64,000 nt of DNA from Thainema sp. (GTDB lineage: Bacteria; Cyanobacteriota; Cyanobacteriia; Phormidesmidales; Phormidesmidaceae), in the NCBI GenBank assembly GCA_052168235.1, contig JBQLZK010000016.1, positions 53,371 through 117,370 on the forward strand. Direction: 5' to 3'. Below are positions 19,801 to 28,195 of the stretch, one piece after another (within the stretch, counting starts at the first letter, position 1; each line of letters opens with the position of its first letter). A program made the position numbers and the translations under genes. The notes beneath the pieces were generated by a model. The model made no database searches and had not been told where the DNA came from. It worked only from the letters and a program-made list of their open reading frames with translations.

Positions 19801-20885
19801 TGAATCTGGGCTATGAGCGAATTAGCGGCGATATTTTTGCCGACACGGCTGTGGGGCAGCAGTATCGCCAGCCCTACACCGTCGCGCAAAGCTCTGGCGT
19901 CTTGGGATTACAAGAGGCAGACAGCTACAGCATTGGCCTTGACTACACCGATGACCCCGATTTCAAAGCCAGTGCGCGATTCGAGCATCGCGATTCTGAA
20001 GCGGGCGACAATACGGTTTGGTATGCGGCGGCAGCCGGACGCTTGACGCCGGAACTGACGGTGCTGGCCCGCTATCAGCAGTCAAATTTCTCCAACCAAA
20101 TTCTGACCGGACTGCTGAGCGATACGTCCACGCTGCGGGTCGGGTTAGCCTACCGCGATCCGGACAGTGACGCATTCAACGCCTTACTGCGCTACGACTA
20201 TCGGCGCAATCCGGGTACCACACCTGATTCGATTTTGGTGGATTCCGGTCGCGGTTCAGAGGATCACACCTTCGGGCTAGAGGCCATCTATGCACCGACC
20301 TGGCGCTGGGAGTTCTATGGCAAGTATGCCCTGCGCTACACCAACTCGTTTATCGCCGATGATTTGACCGTTTCCAATGCAATCCATCTGGCGCAGGGTC
20401 GGGTGGCCTATCGCCTGGGCTATCGCTGGGATGTAGCGGGCGACATGCGCTGGATTGGTCAAACCGATTCGGGCTTTAACGAAACCGGATTTGCGCTAGA
20501 GCTGGGTTACTATGTGACCCCTGACTTACGACTGGGCGTTGGCTATAGCTTTGGTGCAGTCGATGATGATGGTTTCGAAGGCTATCGCTCCGATGGTGGG
20601 CCGTATCTGGCGGTCAATCTGAAGGTGAATGAGCTGCTACAGCGCTTTGGCGCACCGGATATTTCACCGGAACAGCTTCAGGAAACGGCGATTGAGGCCG
20701 ATGCCAATGTGGCGGATGGGGCGGATGAGGATGAAGCCGATGTCTCCGCCGAGGCAGAACCCATAGATGTCAGTTCATCAGCGGCTGGATCGGCGGCTGA
20801 TGCCCTGGCGTTTGCGTCTCATTCAGGACTAGAAGCTGATTTGGAGTCAAAGCAGGCACTCAAACTTGGGCTAGGGGAGGAGTAA
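16896..20885 (+). CDS. Very large predicted outer-membrane beta-barrel protein with N-terminal acidic region and Ig-like domain
   Basis: Signal peptide ending ASA-Q; ANGRS Ig-like segment; several hundred residues of alternating amphipathic strands with aromatic girdles (LRLNLGYE, WEFYGKYALR, LRLGVGYSFG); TAATG overlap with the upstream gene. Confidence 0.72.
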   Translation: MRYLMNVKLGLWLLSSILAIFGSLSAASAQEVASGSAEPPRLSDWKNEAEASNTAEDLLRSRQITPSEPLPAEATFSTTTEELGFDPAEEEGFHLSTTDEVEPQTAQPVLVPHPATNLFDQETGGRVLFPVGEQATPANRQRDITGSSTGTGIGNSTSNNDLFEAPFNNALPGSSDPWGAGVDEITGERFRRPDAGVSEPTAYEGLFDLPDNPVLPAPAAPGGEDEGFRIEVYPIGLGRAIANGRSLVELEGIVLGPDGSLVLEPVIVTLTATAGEFPGADQEPDRPGFQVVARQGRFVAGLQSSLDAQQVRVRAAIARNDLLDALELDEEEFRELYEDDRFGTGLYENEYATPTAVAPGLEAFTQVEFVTELRPTLLAGTVNLRIGEAGTDYWGSFREFLNPDELDDGVAFDLSSAVFGIGSIGEWQFLAAYNSERTLNETCDGGDRLFRDTQFCEDQYPVYGDSSTVDTLTPSQDSLFIRFQRDSLTPGAEPDFFMWGDYGTSEFSRASQLFTATSRNLHGFKANYSLGNLQLTALYADNVDGFQRDTIPPDGTSGYYFVSRRLVIPGSEQVFIEFEELGRPGVVVERERLQRGPDYEIDYDRGAIMFRDPIQATEFDIFGNSLVRRIVVTYQYEGGGGGDSDLIAGRLQYNLAYGFDRPSWVGVSYLNEDQGDQDFELFGFDFLLPIGDVAFIEGEYAHSDHTSLTFGDVSGNAYRLEASANFNEVIALRAYYRTVDETFANDSTFSFTPGQTRIGGALSAAVTSTTRVNLQYDFEENFGIAPLVITDLDTLLNPGLQPIPGSAVDNTLSTFRVGVQQEIGRAIFNLSYVDRDRNDRTRPDSSLDTNSSQLVSQLTVPLAERLTFQALNALSLSDGDDPLYPDRTALGLNWAAFPGVNLRLTQQFLYGDSFDDTSITSLDTVIEQELDENTTLRNRYSIIGGVNGIRAQSALGLNHAWVVAPGLRLNLGYERISGDIFADTAVGQQYRQPYTVAQSSGVLGLQEADSYSIGLDYTDDPDFKASARFEHRDSEAGDNTVWYAAAAGRLTPELTVLARYQQSNFSNQILTGLLSDTSTLRVGLAYRDPDSDAFNALLRYDYRRNPGTTPDSILVDSGRGSEDHTFGLEAIYAPTWRWEFYGKYALRYTNSFIADDLTVSNAIHLAQGRVAYRLGYRWDVAGDMRWIGQTDSGFNETGFALELGYYVTPDLRLGVGYSFGAVDDDGFEGYRSDGGPYLAVNLKVNELLQRFGAPDISPEQLQETAIEADANVADGADEDEADVSAEAEPIDVSSSAAGSAADALAFASHSGLEADLESKQALKLGLGEE

Positions 20886-20894
20886 AGGATCAGC

Positions 20895-23030
20895 ATGAAC
20901 TCAAAGGCATCGATATCGAAGCGCAAAGTTAGCATTCATTCCCTAGGCTGGGCCGTTGTACCCACTCTGCTGCTGACCGCCAGTCCAACGCTGAGTCAGG
21001 CTGATGCGGATTCAGAGTCCGCCGCAGTCGAAACCGTTCCGGTGCAGGCAATTGTCAGCAGCGATCAGGATACGGTAGCACCCGATAGTGGTTTGACGCT
21101 GCGTGAAGCAATTCTCTTGGCCAACGGTGAACTTGCGATCGCAGATCTGAGTCCCGCCGAACAGGCCCAAGTTGAAGCATTAGCTCCCAGCGCTACTTCG
21201 CAGATTGGCTTTAATTTACCTACCGATCAAACCGTCATTCAGCTTCAGGAAATGCTGCCGCCGTTAGCCTCGCCTGGACTCGTACTGGATGGTACAACGC
21301 AAGCGGGGTATGACGCCGAGACCTCTGCGATCGCAGAAGTGGATATGCCGATTCCACTAGTCAGCATTACGCCTGCGGCAGGTCAGGAGGTACTGCGGGG
21401 GTTAACCATTGTGGCCGATGGCATCACAGTTAGAGGATTGAGCCTCTACGGCTTCACCTCCACGATTGGCCGCACCGCAACCACGCCACCCGCTGATATC
21501 TTCATCGCTCACCCCGATCCCCCGCCCGACACTAGCGATCAGCAGCCTCCGGCCCGGTCGTTTGCGTTCATTAATGAGCGAGACACCCCGCCCCAGGACG
21601 TCACCATTGAAAATAACTGGCTGGGCATTATGGCCGATGGTGATTTCCCAGCTCAACCGTCTTCGTTTGGTGTTTACGTCTTCAACAGCCAGGGCGCAAC
21701 CATCCGCAATAACTTTATCGCCAACCACGAAGGCAGCGGCATTATCACCTCCGTACGGGCGCAAAACATGGAGGTGATCAACAACGCCATTGTCGGCAAC
21801 GGGATCGCTGGCATGCCCGACGGCATTCGCTTGGAAGGTGACATCAGCGACTCGCTAATTCAGGGCAACGTGATTTGCGGCAGCGATGGCAGCGGTATCT
21901 ATGCCTTCAAGCCCGATGGTTCCGTGGAGATTCGCGAAAACGACATCAAGTACAACGGTCGCCGCCTGCGTCGCGCTGCCGTATATCTAATGGGCGACAA
22001 TCACCAGGTTTTAAATAATGCGATTACCTATCAGACAGGTTCCGGAGTTGCGATCGCAGCCTACCCACCCAGCATCGGCAATATTATTCAGGGCAACCAG
22101 TTCCTCGGCAATGAGGGCCTGAGTATTGACCTGGTCATGTTTAACGCCACGGGTGTGCAGGAATACGCCTGGGGCGACGGCCCCAATCCGCCGCGTAATT
22201 CGGTAAACCGCCGTCAGGACACAGGCAATGCCGCTATTAATTCGCCTCAGCTACAGCTCGATGAGGCAGCGGCAGCAGGTGGCTTAGTGACACTGCAAGG
22301 GGAAGCCGCACCGGATGCTGATGTCGTGATTTACCGCGTTGCGCCTGCCTTTGATCCACCGACTAACCGCTTTCCCGGCTATGGCGATCTGCTAGAGCCA
22401 ATTGCCTCTGTAAAAGCGGATGCTGATGGTTTATTTTCCACTACAGCGGAACTGGAACCAGGCGATCTGATTAGCGCGATCGCAACCCTGCCCGAATATG
22501 GCACCTCAGAACCCTCGCCCTTTGTCGCCATCGGCAATGCGGGAACTCCCGTGCCAGCCACACCCGAGATTCCTCAGTGCGTCACAGCCCCTGCGCCTGA
22601 GCCTGAACCACCCCCGGCTCCCGAACCGCTGGTGCTCAACGTGCCGCGCAATGTCCACTTTGCCCTCGATCAAGCCACTCTCAGCACGGAAAGTCAGGCC
22701 GTGCTGGACGAAATCGCGGCAGTCCTGCTGGAATATCCGTTTATTACGGTTGAACTGCAAGGCCACACCGATCCGCGAGCCAGCTATCAGTACAACTTGG
22801 ATCTCTCCAACCGTCGCGCTCTGGCTGTCCGTAATTACCTCCTGTCCCAAGGCGTCGCCAACGAGCGGATGACGATTCGCGCCCTCAGTGAATCGCAGCG
22901 CGCCACTACGGGTGATAGCGTGGTCGATTACGCCCGCGATCGCAGAGTCGAAGTCATCTTCCGCGACCTGCGCGGCCTTGATATTGTCTTTGAGCGCCAA
23001 GAAGGCGACCTGCAAATTGAAGGTCGATAG
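20895..23030 (+). CDS. Right-handed beta-helix protein with C-terminal OmpA-like peptidoglycan-binding domain
   Basis: LTLREAI (CSLREA-like) motif; parallel beta-helix repeats (IENNWLG, IRNNFI, IQGNVI); Pro-rich linker; VHFALD..GHTD..YNLDLSNRRA..RRVE. Confidence 0.88.
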   Translation: MNSKASISKRKVSIHSLGWAVVPTLLLTASPTLSQADADSESAAVETVPVQAIVSSDQDTVAPDSGLTLREAILLANGELAIADLSPAEQAQVEALAPSATSQIGFNLPTDQTVIQLQEMLPPLASPGLVLDGTTQAGYDAETSAIAEVDMPIPLVSITPAAGQEVLRGLTIVADGITVRGLSLYGFTSTIGRTATTPPADIFIAHPDPPPDTSDQQPPARSFAFINERDTPPQDVTIENNWLGIMADGDFPAQPSSFGVYVFNSQGATIRNNFIANHEGSGIITSVRAQNMEVINNAIVGNGIAGMPDGIRLEGDISDSLIQGNVICGSDGSGIYAFKPDGSVEIRENDIKYNGRRLRRAAVYLMGDNHQVLNNAITYQTGSGVAIAAYPPSIGNIIQGNQFLGNEGLSIDLVMFNATGVQEYAWGDGPNPPRNSVNRRQDTGNAAINSPQLQLDEAAAAGGLVTLQGEAAPDADVVIYRVAPAFDPPTNRFPGYGDLLEPIASVKADADGLFSTTAELEPGDLISAIATLPEYGTSEPSPFVAIGNAGTPVPATPEIPQCVTAPAPEPEPPPAPEPLVLNVPRNVHFALDQATLSTESQAVLDEIAAVLLEYPFITVELQGHTDPRASYQYNLDLSNRRALAVRNYLLSQGVANERMTIRALSESQRATTGDSVVDYARDRRVEVIFRDLRGLDIVFERQEGDLQIEGR

Positions 23031-23059
23031 AGTTGCGCGTACTAGCACTTTATTTCGCT

Positions 23060-23095
23060 GTTCTCTTAAGTCTCAAGTCTCTAGTTTCTAAATCT
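23060..23095. repeat. Degenerate heptamer tandem repeat (STRR-like)
   Basis: tctcttaagtctcaagtctctagtttctaaatct, period 7. Confidence 0.45.
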
Positions 23096-23111
23096 GAATT
23101 GGATTGAACTC

Positions 23112-26100
23112 ATGGGTTTGCCATTCCGAACGTCACAACTCGCATCTATTGCGTCACAGCCGTCTTCGACCCGCCAGCGTAGCTCATTCTCATTACACAA
23201 GACGACGAGCCGTTCTGGTCGATTTAGCTGGTCGCGCTTTCTACGCAGTCTTGTACTCGTTGTGATTTTTGCGATCGCAACGTTTGGCTATGCACCTCCA
23301 TCCCGTGCTCAGGCTACAGCTCCATTCAATTGTGATGGAACGTTATACATTACGAACGCTTCAACCGATCAAGATCCAACTCGTTTAGATTTCTTAGATA
23401 CTAGCGGCGATTTTGACATCGATCCCGTTTTGAATCAAACGCCACCTTCATTTACTTATAACGCAGCTGGTTTCCGTCCCCAAGATGGCTTTATCTATGC
23501 CATTCGACCCAATAACCGGGGCCTTCCTGCCCCTGCTGCTGCTACACAACCTCGCTCAACTATCTATCGAATTGATAGCACGGGTGCAGTAACCCCACTA
23601 GGCGTACCACCAGGCATCACTAATGCCGATTATTTTGCTGGGGATGTTGGACCAAACGGTACGCTTTACGTCTATGCTCCGGTTCAGATCACAGCAGGCA
23701 GTGCACCATCAGGATTATTAACAGAAATAGATGTAACGACAGCTCCGCCAACTGTAATCGACTCTTTTACGGTTCAACGTACGGATAACAGCAATGTCCC
23801 AGAACTATTCGATGTTGCCTTCAACCCTGAAGATGGTCAACTTTATGGTTTTGATCGGCAAGAAGGCGATATTGTCCGAATTGATGTCAATACTCCGATA
23901 GCTCCTGGCGTACTTGGTGCAGTGCCACTTGCCGCAACTGGTAATGCCCCCGGTACAGAAATTGTTGGAGGAACATTTTTTGATGCCTTCGGACGGATAT
24001 TTCTCTATGCAAATAATGGCCAACTCTACAGAGGGCAAGTTGAGCCTGGCAACAACTTCATTCAATTTGAATTACTTTCTAGTCCACCAGGGGTCGGCAA
24101 TAACGATGGTGCATCTTGTCCTTATGCCCCTCTAGTTGAGAAAACAGCATCCAGTACTGTTGTACAAGCTGGAGACATTGTCACTTATACATACAGCTTT
24201 ACAAACTCTAATTTTGTTGACTTACAGAACGTCACATTCACTGATACGCTGCTGACAAATGGTGCGACAGACGGTCGGACATTCGTTCCAGGATCGCTGC
24301 AAACTATCAGCGGCAATATCTTAAATGGCACAACGACAAACAACTATGGTGTGGGTGCCGATGCCAATAATCTTGTGATTAACGGCATTACTCTATCTCC
24401 TGGCACAACGGGTGCGTTTTCGGTAGATGTGCAAATTGCTCCTGGCACACCAGCAGGTACCTTCGAAAATCAAGCTGTTGTTGAAACAACAACGGCTACT
24501 ATCATTCCGCCTGGTGGTGGCCCACCGACGCAAATCAATCCTCGAATCGTAGCCCGAACCGACAATCCGAACACACCCGATAATTTTCCAGACCCCACCC
24601 CAATTGACACAACACCCTCTGCAACGGGGGCAATCGGTATTGCCAAACGGGCTGGTCAACCTGCGGTTAACAGCGACGGTACGATTGATATTCAGTACTC
24701 GCTGATCGTTGAGAACTTGGGATCAGTCACGGTCAACAATGTCCAAATTACGGAAGACTTTACCCAAGAAACCTTTATCTCTCCAGCCACGTTTGAGATT
24801 ATTCAGTCTCCTCGAAGTGTGGATGGATTAACTCCGAATCCGAATTTTGCTGGAACACCGGCTAATCCAAACCTGCTGCAAGGTAATGACTCATTAGCCC
24901 CTGGAGAGATTGGTTCTGTTTTCTTCATTGTGCGGGTCACACCCAATGGTAATTATGGCCCCTACAACAATACTGCGATCGCAACTGGCACCGATCCGAG
25001 TGGTAATCCAGTTACCGATCAATCAAACGATGGACAAGAGCCAGACCCCAATAACAACGGTAATCCTGGCGATCCAAATGAGAATACACCGACTGTTGTT
25101 ACGCCACAGATTGCAGACTTAGCAGTTGAAAAAGGAGTCGACAATCCAGATCCCAACATTGGCGATACGATTACCTACACCATTACCCTGCGTAACTTGG
25201 GGCCAAGTGATACAACCAACGTCACGGTTCAAGAAGACCTGCCCGCTGGTTTTACGGCAACCGCTCCGGCGGGGACAACCTACAATGCAGCAACGGGAGT
25301 ATGGTCTGTTCCAGATCTAGATGCAGGTCAGTTTGTTGTCCTAACCCTCCAGGGAACCTTCGACGGTACGCCGTTTGAAAATGTCGCTGAAATTACAGGT
25401 TCGAGTGTGCCTGACCCGAATCTAGCCAACAACATATCAAGGGTTCAAGTTCCATCTGTAACCGCAGATTTATCGTTGGAAAAAACGCTAGTTGATACCG
25501 ACGAAATTGCAGTTGGCGATGTGATTACCTTTGAGATTGAGCTGACTAACAGTGGCCCTGATACGGCAACTAATATTCAAATTGCCGATGATTTTCCAGA
25601 TGGATTTGAGTTTGTCGAAGCTCGACCAGCGACAGGAACCTACGATGAAACAACCAATATTTGGTCAATTGCCAGTTTGGCTAGCGGAGAAAGCACCTCT
25701 CTACTATTAACTGGCCGACTCACGGCTGATTCTGTCACCAACGTGGCCGAAGTTTCGAGTGTTGACCAAACGGATCCGGATTCGACACCGAATAACCGCG
25801 ATCCGAATGAGGATGATTACGGCACGATTACTGTTAGTATTTCGCCTGATTTGATTTTGCAGAAGCGAATTACAGCGCTGGTTCAAGATGGGGCGGTAAC
25901 TCGCTTTACTCAACCCGTCGCTAATCCGGTGCGGCCTGGATTTGTGGGTGAGGTGTCGTTACCTCCATCGGCTCAAGTCACCAGTCAAGACGTGGTGGAA
26001 TACACCATCTATTACTTGGCGAGTGGCACAACGGCTAATAATGTCCAGATTTGCGACGCCATTCCCGTTGGAACCTCCTATGTTGCTAACACTCTGTCAA

Positions 26101-26297
26101 CCGCATCGGGGACTGCAAATCCCACTCAGCTCAGCGATGCTAATGATGGAGATGGAGGACAGTTTTTGCCTGAGTTAACGCCTGCACCTCAGCCTTGTGC
26201 AAATAGCATGAATCCCAATGGTTCGGTACTAGTTAATGTCGGTAATATTCCAGCCGGACAATCTGGGTTTATTCGGTTTAGCAGCCAAGTTGATTAA
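23112..26297 (+). CDS. Large secreted adhesin-like protein: beta-propeller-like head plus five DUF11 repeats, the last truncated
   Basis: Signal ending SRA-Q; head FNCDG..YNAAG..DGFIYA..NNDGASCP; repeats begin PLVEK, IGIAK, DLAVEK, DLSLEK, DLILQK. Confidence 0.85.
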   Translation: MGLPFRTSQLASIASQPSSTRQRSSFSLHKTTSRSGRFSWSRFLRSLVLVVIFAIATFGYAPPSRAQATAPFNCDGTLYITNASTDQDPTRLDFLDTSGDFDIDPVLNQTPPSFTYNAAGFRPQDGFIYAIRPNNRGLPAPAAATQPRSTIYRIDSTGAVTPLGVPPGITNADYFAGDVGPNGTLYVYAPVQITAGSAPSGLLTEIDVTTAPPTVIDSFTVQRTDNSNVPELFDVAFNPEDGQLYGFDRQEGDIVRIDVNTPIAPGVLGAVPLAATGNAPGTEIVGGTFFDAFGRIFLYANNGQLYRGQVEPGNNFIQFELLSSPPGVGNNDGASCPYAPLVEKTASSTVVQAGDIVTYTYSFTNSNFVDLQNVTFTDTLLTNGATDGRTFVPGSLQTISGNILNGTTTNNYGVGADANNLVINGITLSPGTTGAFSVDVQIAPGTPAGTFENQAVVETTTATIIPPGGGPPTQINPRIVARTDNPNTPDNFPDPTPIDTTPSATGAIGIAKRAGQPAVNSDGTIDIQYSLIVENLGSVTVNNVQITEDFTQETFISPATFEIIQSPRSVDGLTPNPNFAGTPANPNLLQGNDSLAPGEIGSVFFIVRVTPNGNYGPYNNTAIATGTDPSGNPVTDQSNDGQEPDPNNNGNPGDPNENTPTVVTPQIADLAVEKGVDNPDPNIGDTITYTITLRNLGPSDTTNVTVQEDLPAGFTATAPAGTTYNAATGVWSVPDLDAGQFVVLTLQGTFDGTPFENVAEITGSSVPDPNLANNISRVQVPSVTADLSLEKTLVDTDEIAVGDVITFEIELTNSGPDTATNIQIADDFPDGFEFVEARPATGTYDETTNIWSIASLASGESTSLLLTGRLTADSVTNVAEVSSVDQTDPDSTPNNRDPNEDDYGTITVSISPDLILQKRITALVQDGAVTRFTQPVANPVRPGFVGEVSLPPSAQVTSQDVVEYTIYYLASGTTANNVQICDAIPVGTSYVANTLSTASGTANPTQLSDANDGDGGQFLPELTPAPQPCANSMNPNGSVLVNVGNIPAGQSGFIRFSSQVD

Positions 26298-26314
26298 GTT
26301 CAGCAGCTAAACAC

Positions 26315-26349
26315 CACAAAAGGGGAGCACTTGGTGCTCCCCTTTTGTG
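26315..26349. terminator. Bidirectional terminator closing the surface-protein operon and selO
   Basis: Perfect 16-bp arms CACAAAAGGGGAGCAC-TTG-GTGCTCCCCTTTTGTG between convergent genes. Confidence 0.75.
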
Positions 26350-26406
26350 ATCGATCTAATCATGCCATCGCCATAATTTTTTGGGTCATCTGGTCGAGGC
26401 ATCAGC

Positions 26407-27855
26407 TCAGCAGTTTTGGGTGCGGATCTGTTTCAGCAAGTCATAAAACGGCTGCCAGTTGTCGTCTACCGCAATCGGTTCCCAAACCGCTTCAATTTCT
26501 GGACGAACTAAAACAGTCATTGGATTATGACGTTTGAGTCGCTGTGCTACCTCATCCATTTCATCATTTGTAAGATGGGCGAGACAGTGCTGATAGAGCA
26601 AACGCCACTGGGCGAGGCATTGAGCCGCCTCTGGATCAGACTGTTCCATCACAGCAGGGAAGATCGACTGTGCATCCTCACGCCACTGGGGCAAAAACTG
26701 CTGACGGAGCTGAGCAAAAAACTCGTGGTAGCCCACTTCCGTTTCACTTAGCAGCCGCAGTATCGATTCGAGCAGTTCATCGGCCATTTCAATCGGCAGA
26801 TGGTCGTAGCCCAAGTCGCCAAAGCCTAGACGGTTCAGCATTCGCTGTCGGTAGGTGGCGCGATATCGATCCTCGTAACCTTCCAGTCCAGCCTCTAGAT
26901 TGGCGGCTGGAATCACCATTTTGAGCGGGATTTGCAGCTTCTCCAGGTTCCATCGGCACATCAGCGGCTGATTGCCGTAGCGATAGCGCCCCATGTAGTC
27001 AAAATAAGCCGCAGTAAAGCGCGGGTCATAGGTATTAATAAACGCATAGGGGCCGTAGTCAAAGCTTTCGCCCGTAATGGACATATTGTCTGTGTTTAGC
27101 ACCGCATGGCAAAAGCCAACGGACATCCACTGTGCGACTAAGTCGGCCATTCGCTCAACCAGTTCAGCGTAAAAGCGGGCATAGCAATCTGGATCGCCCA
27201 GTAAATGAGGATAGTACTGCTCAATTACGTGGTCGAGCAGAATTTGCACCAGGTCTTTGCGCCCGTAGTAGTGCAGCCGCTCAAATGTGCCAAAGCGGAT
27301 GTGCGATCGCGAAAATCGCACCATGACTGAAGACCGAGTGGGCGAGGGTTCATCACCGCGCCAGAGGGATTCGCCCGTTTCGACCAAACTCAAACAGCGG
27401 GAGGTGCGTACGCCTTGATAGTGCAGCGCTTCGGCAGCGAGGACTTCTCGTACGCCGCCTTTCAGCGTCAAGCGCCCATCGGCAGTCCGTGAGTAGGGGG
27501 TGCGGCCAGAGCCCTTGGTGCCAAAGTCATACAGCTCGCCATCCATGCCGCGCACTTGACCATAAATGAAGCCCCGACCATCGCCCAGGAATGGGTTATA
27601 TTCGCCAAACTGGTGGCCGTGATAGCGCAGCGCGAGAAAAGGACGAATCGCTTCGAATTTGCCAAACGCGCCGATAAAATGCTCGTCTGTGACTTGCTGT
27701 GGATCGAGACCAATTTGCGACAGTAGGTCATCATTGCGAAAGCGCAACTGATGCTGCGGGAATTCTGCCGCGTCAACGATGTCATAGTAGTCATCGCCGA
27801 GAATTTCGAGCGCGGGTTCGTAGTCAAGCTGATGCAGAAAGGGATTGTGAGTCAT
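26407..27855 (-). CDS. selO: Protein adenylyltransferase SelO (YdiU family)
   Basis: [56 protein letters not shown] 27855 preferred because the longer ORF runs through a repeat. Confidence 0.93.
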   Translation of the reverse strand: MTHNPFLHQLDYEPALEILGDDYYDIVDAAEFPQHQLRFRNDDLLSQIGLDPQQVTDEHFIGAFGKFEAIRPFLALRYHGHQFGEYNPFLGDGRGFIYGQVRGMDGELYDFGTKGSGRTPYSRTADGRLTLKGGVREVLAAEALHYQGVRTSRCLSLVETGESLWRGDEPSPTRSSVMVRFSRSHIRFGTFERLHYYGRKDLVQILLDHVIEQYYPHLLGDPDCYARFYAELVERMADLVAQWMSVGFCHAVLNTDNMSITGESFDYGPYAFINTYDPRFTAAYFDYMGRYRYGNQPLMCRWNLEKLQIPLKMVIPAANLEAGLEGYEDRYRATYRQRMLNRLGFGDLGYDHLPIEMADELLESILRLLSETEVGYHEFFAQLRQQFLPQWREDAQSIFPAVMEQSDPEAAQCLAQWRLLYQHCLAHLTNDEMDEVAQRLKRHNPMTVLVRPEIEAVWEPIAVDDNWQPFYDLLKQIRTQNC

Positions 27856-27935
27856 AAAAGTTGTTTTAGATGTCTGGCCTTGGTAGCAGGGTTGTTGCAT
27901 GTTTATCAGAGAAAATCTGAAAACATTGACGTTAC

Positions 27936-27963
27936 GTAGGGGCGAATGGCCATTCGCCCCTAC
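27936..27963. repeat. GTAG-type REP-like perfect palindrome
   Basis: GTAGGGGCGAATGG|CCATTCGCCCCTAC (28 bp); an extra GCCCCTAC half-site lies at 28019-28026. Confidence 0.75.
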
Positions 27964-28033
27964 CAAGCACGTATAATTGAGGCTTTTGGATTTTCGTTTG
28001 TGATAATGAAATCTCTCTGCCCCTACAGGTGCG

Positions 28034-28083
28034 ATCGCATTCCATCAATCGCATTCCATCAACCGCATCACATCAATCGCATT
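28034..28083. repeat. 14-bp tandem repeat, about 3.6 units, starting inside a HIP1 site
   Basis: ATCGCATTCCATCA ATCGCATTCCATCA ACCGCATCACATCA ATCGCATT. Confidence 0.75.
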
Positions 28084-28086
28084 TAA

Positions 28087-28177
28087 TAGACTTTAATTGG
28101 AAATAAAGTTTTTGGGGTTGGAAATTGTTTTGTAGCGCGGCGAAGCCGCGCTACAAAACAATTTCCGATAAAGTCTA
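28087..28177. mobile_element. MITE-like hairpin element, TAGAC family, copy 1
   Basis: TAGACTTTA...TAAAGTCTA ends; core GGAAATTGTTTTGTAGCGCGGC-GAA-GCCGCGCTACAAAACAATTTCC; further copies at 33957 and 45767. Confidence 0.85.
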
Positions 28178-28195
28178 ATAAAACAGCCCTACAGC

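Noticed and set aside
28034..28083. CRISPR array (also considered for the dispersed hairpins)
   Set aside because: No unique spacers, wrong periodicity and no cas genes.
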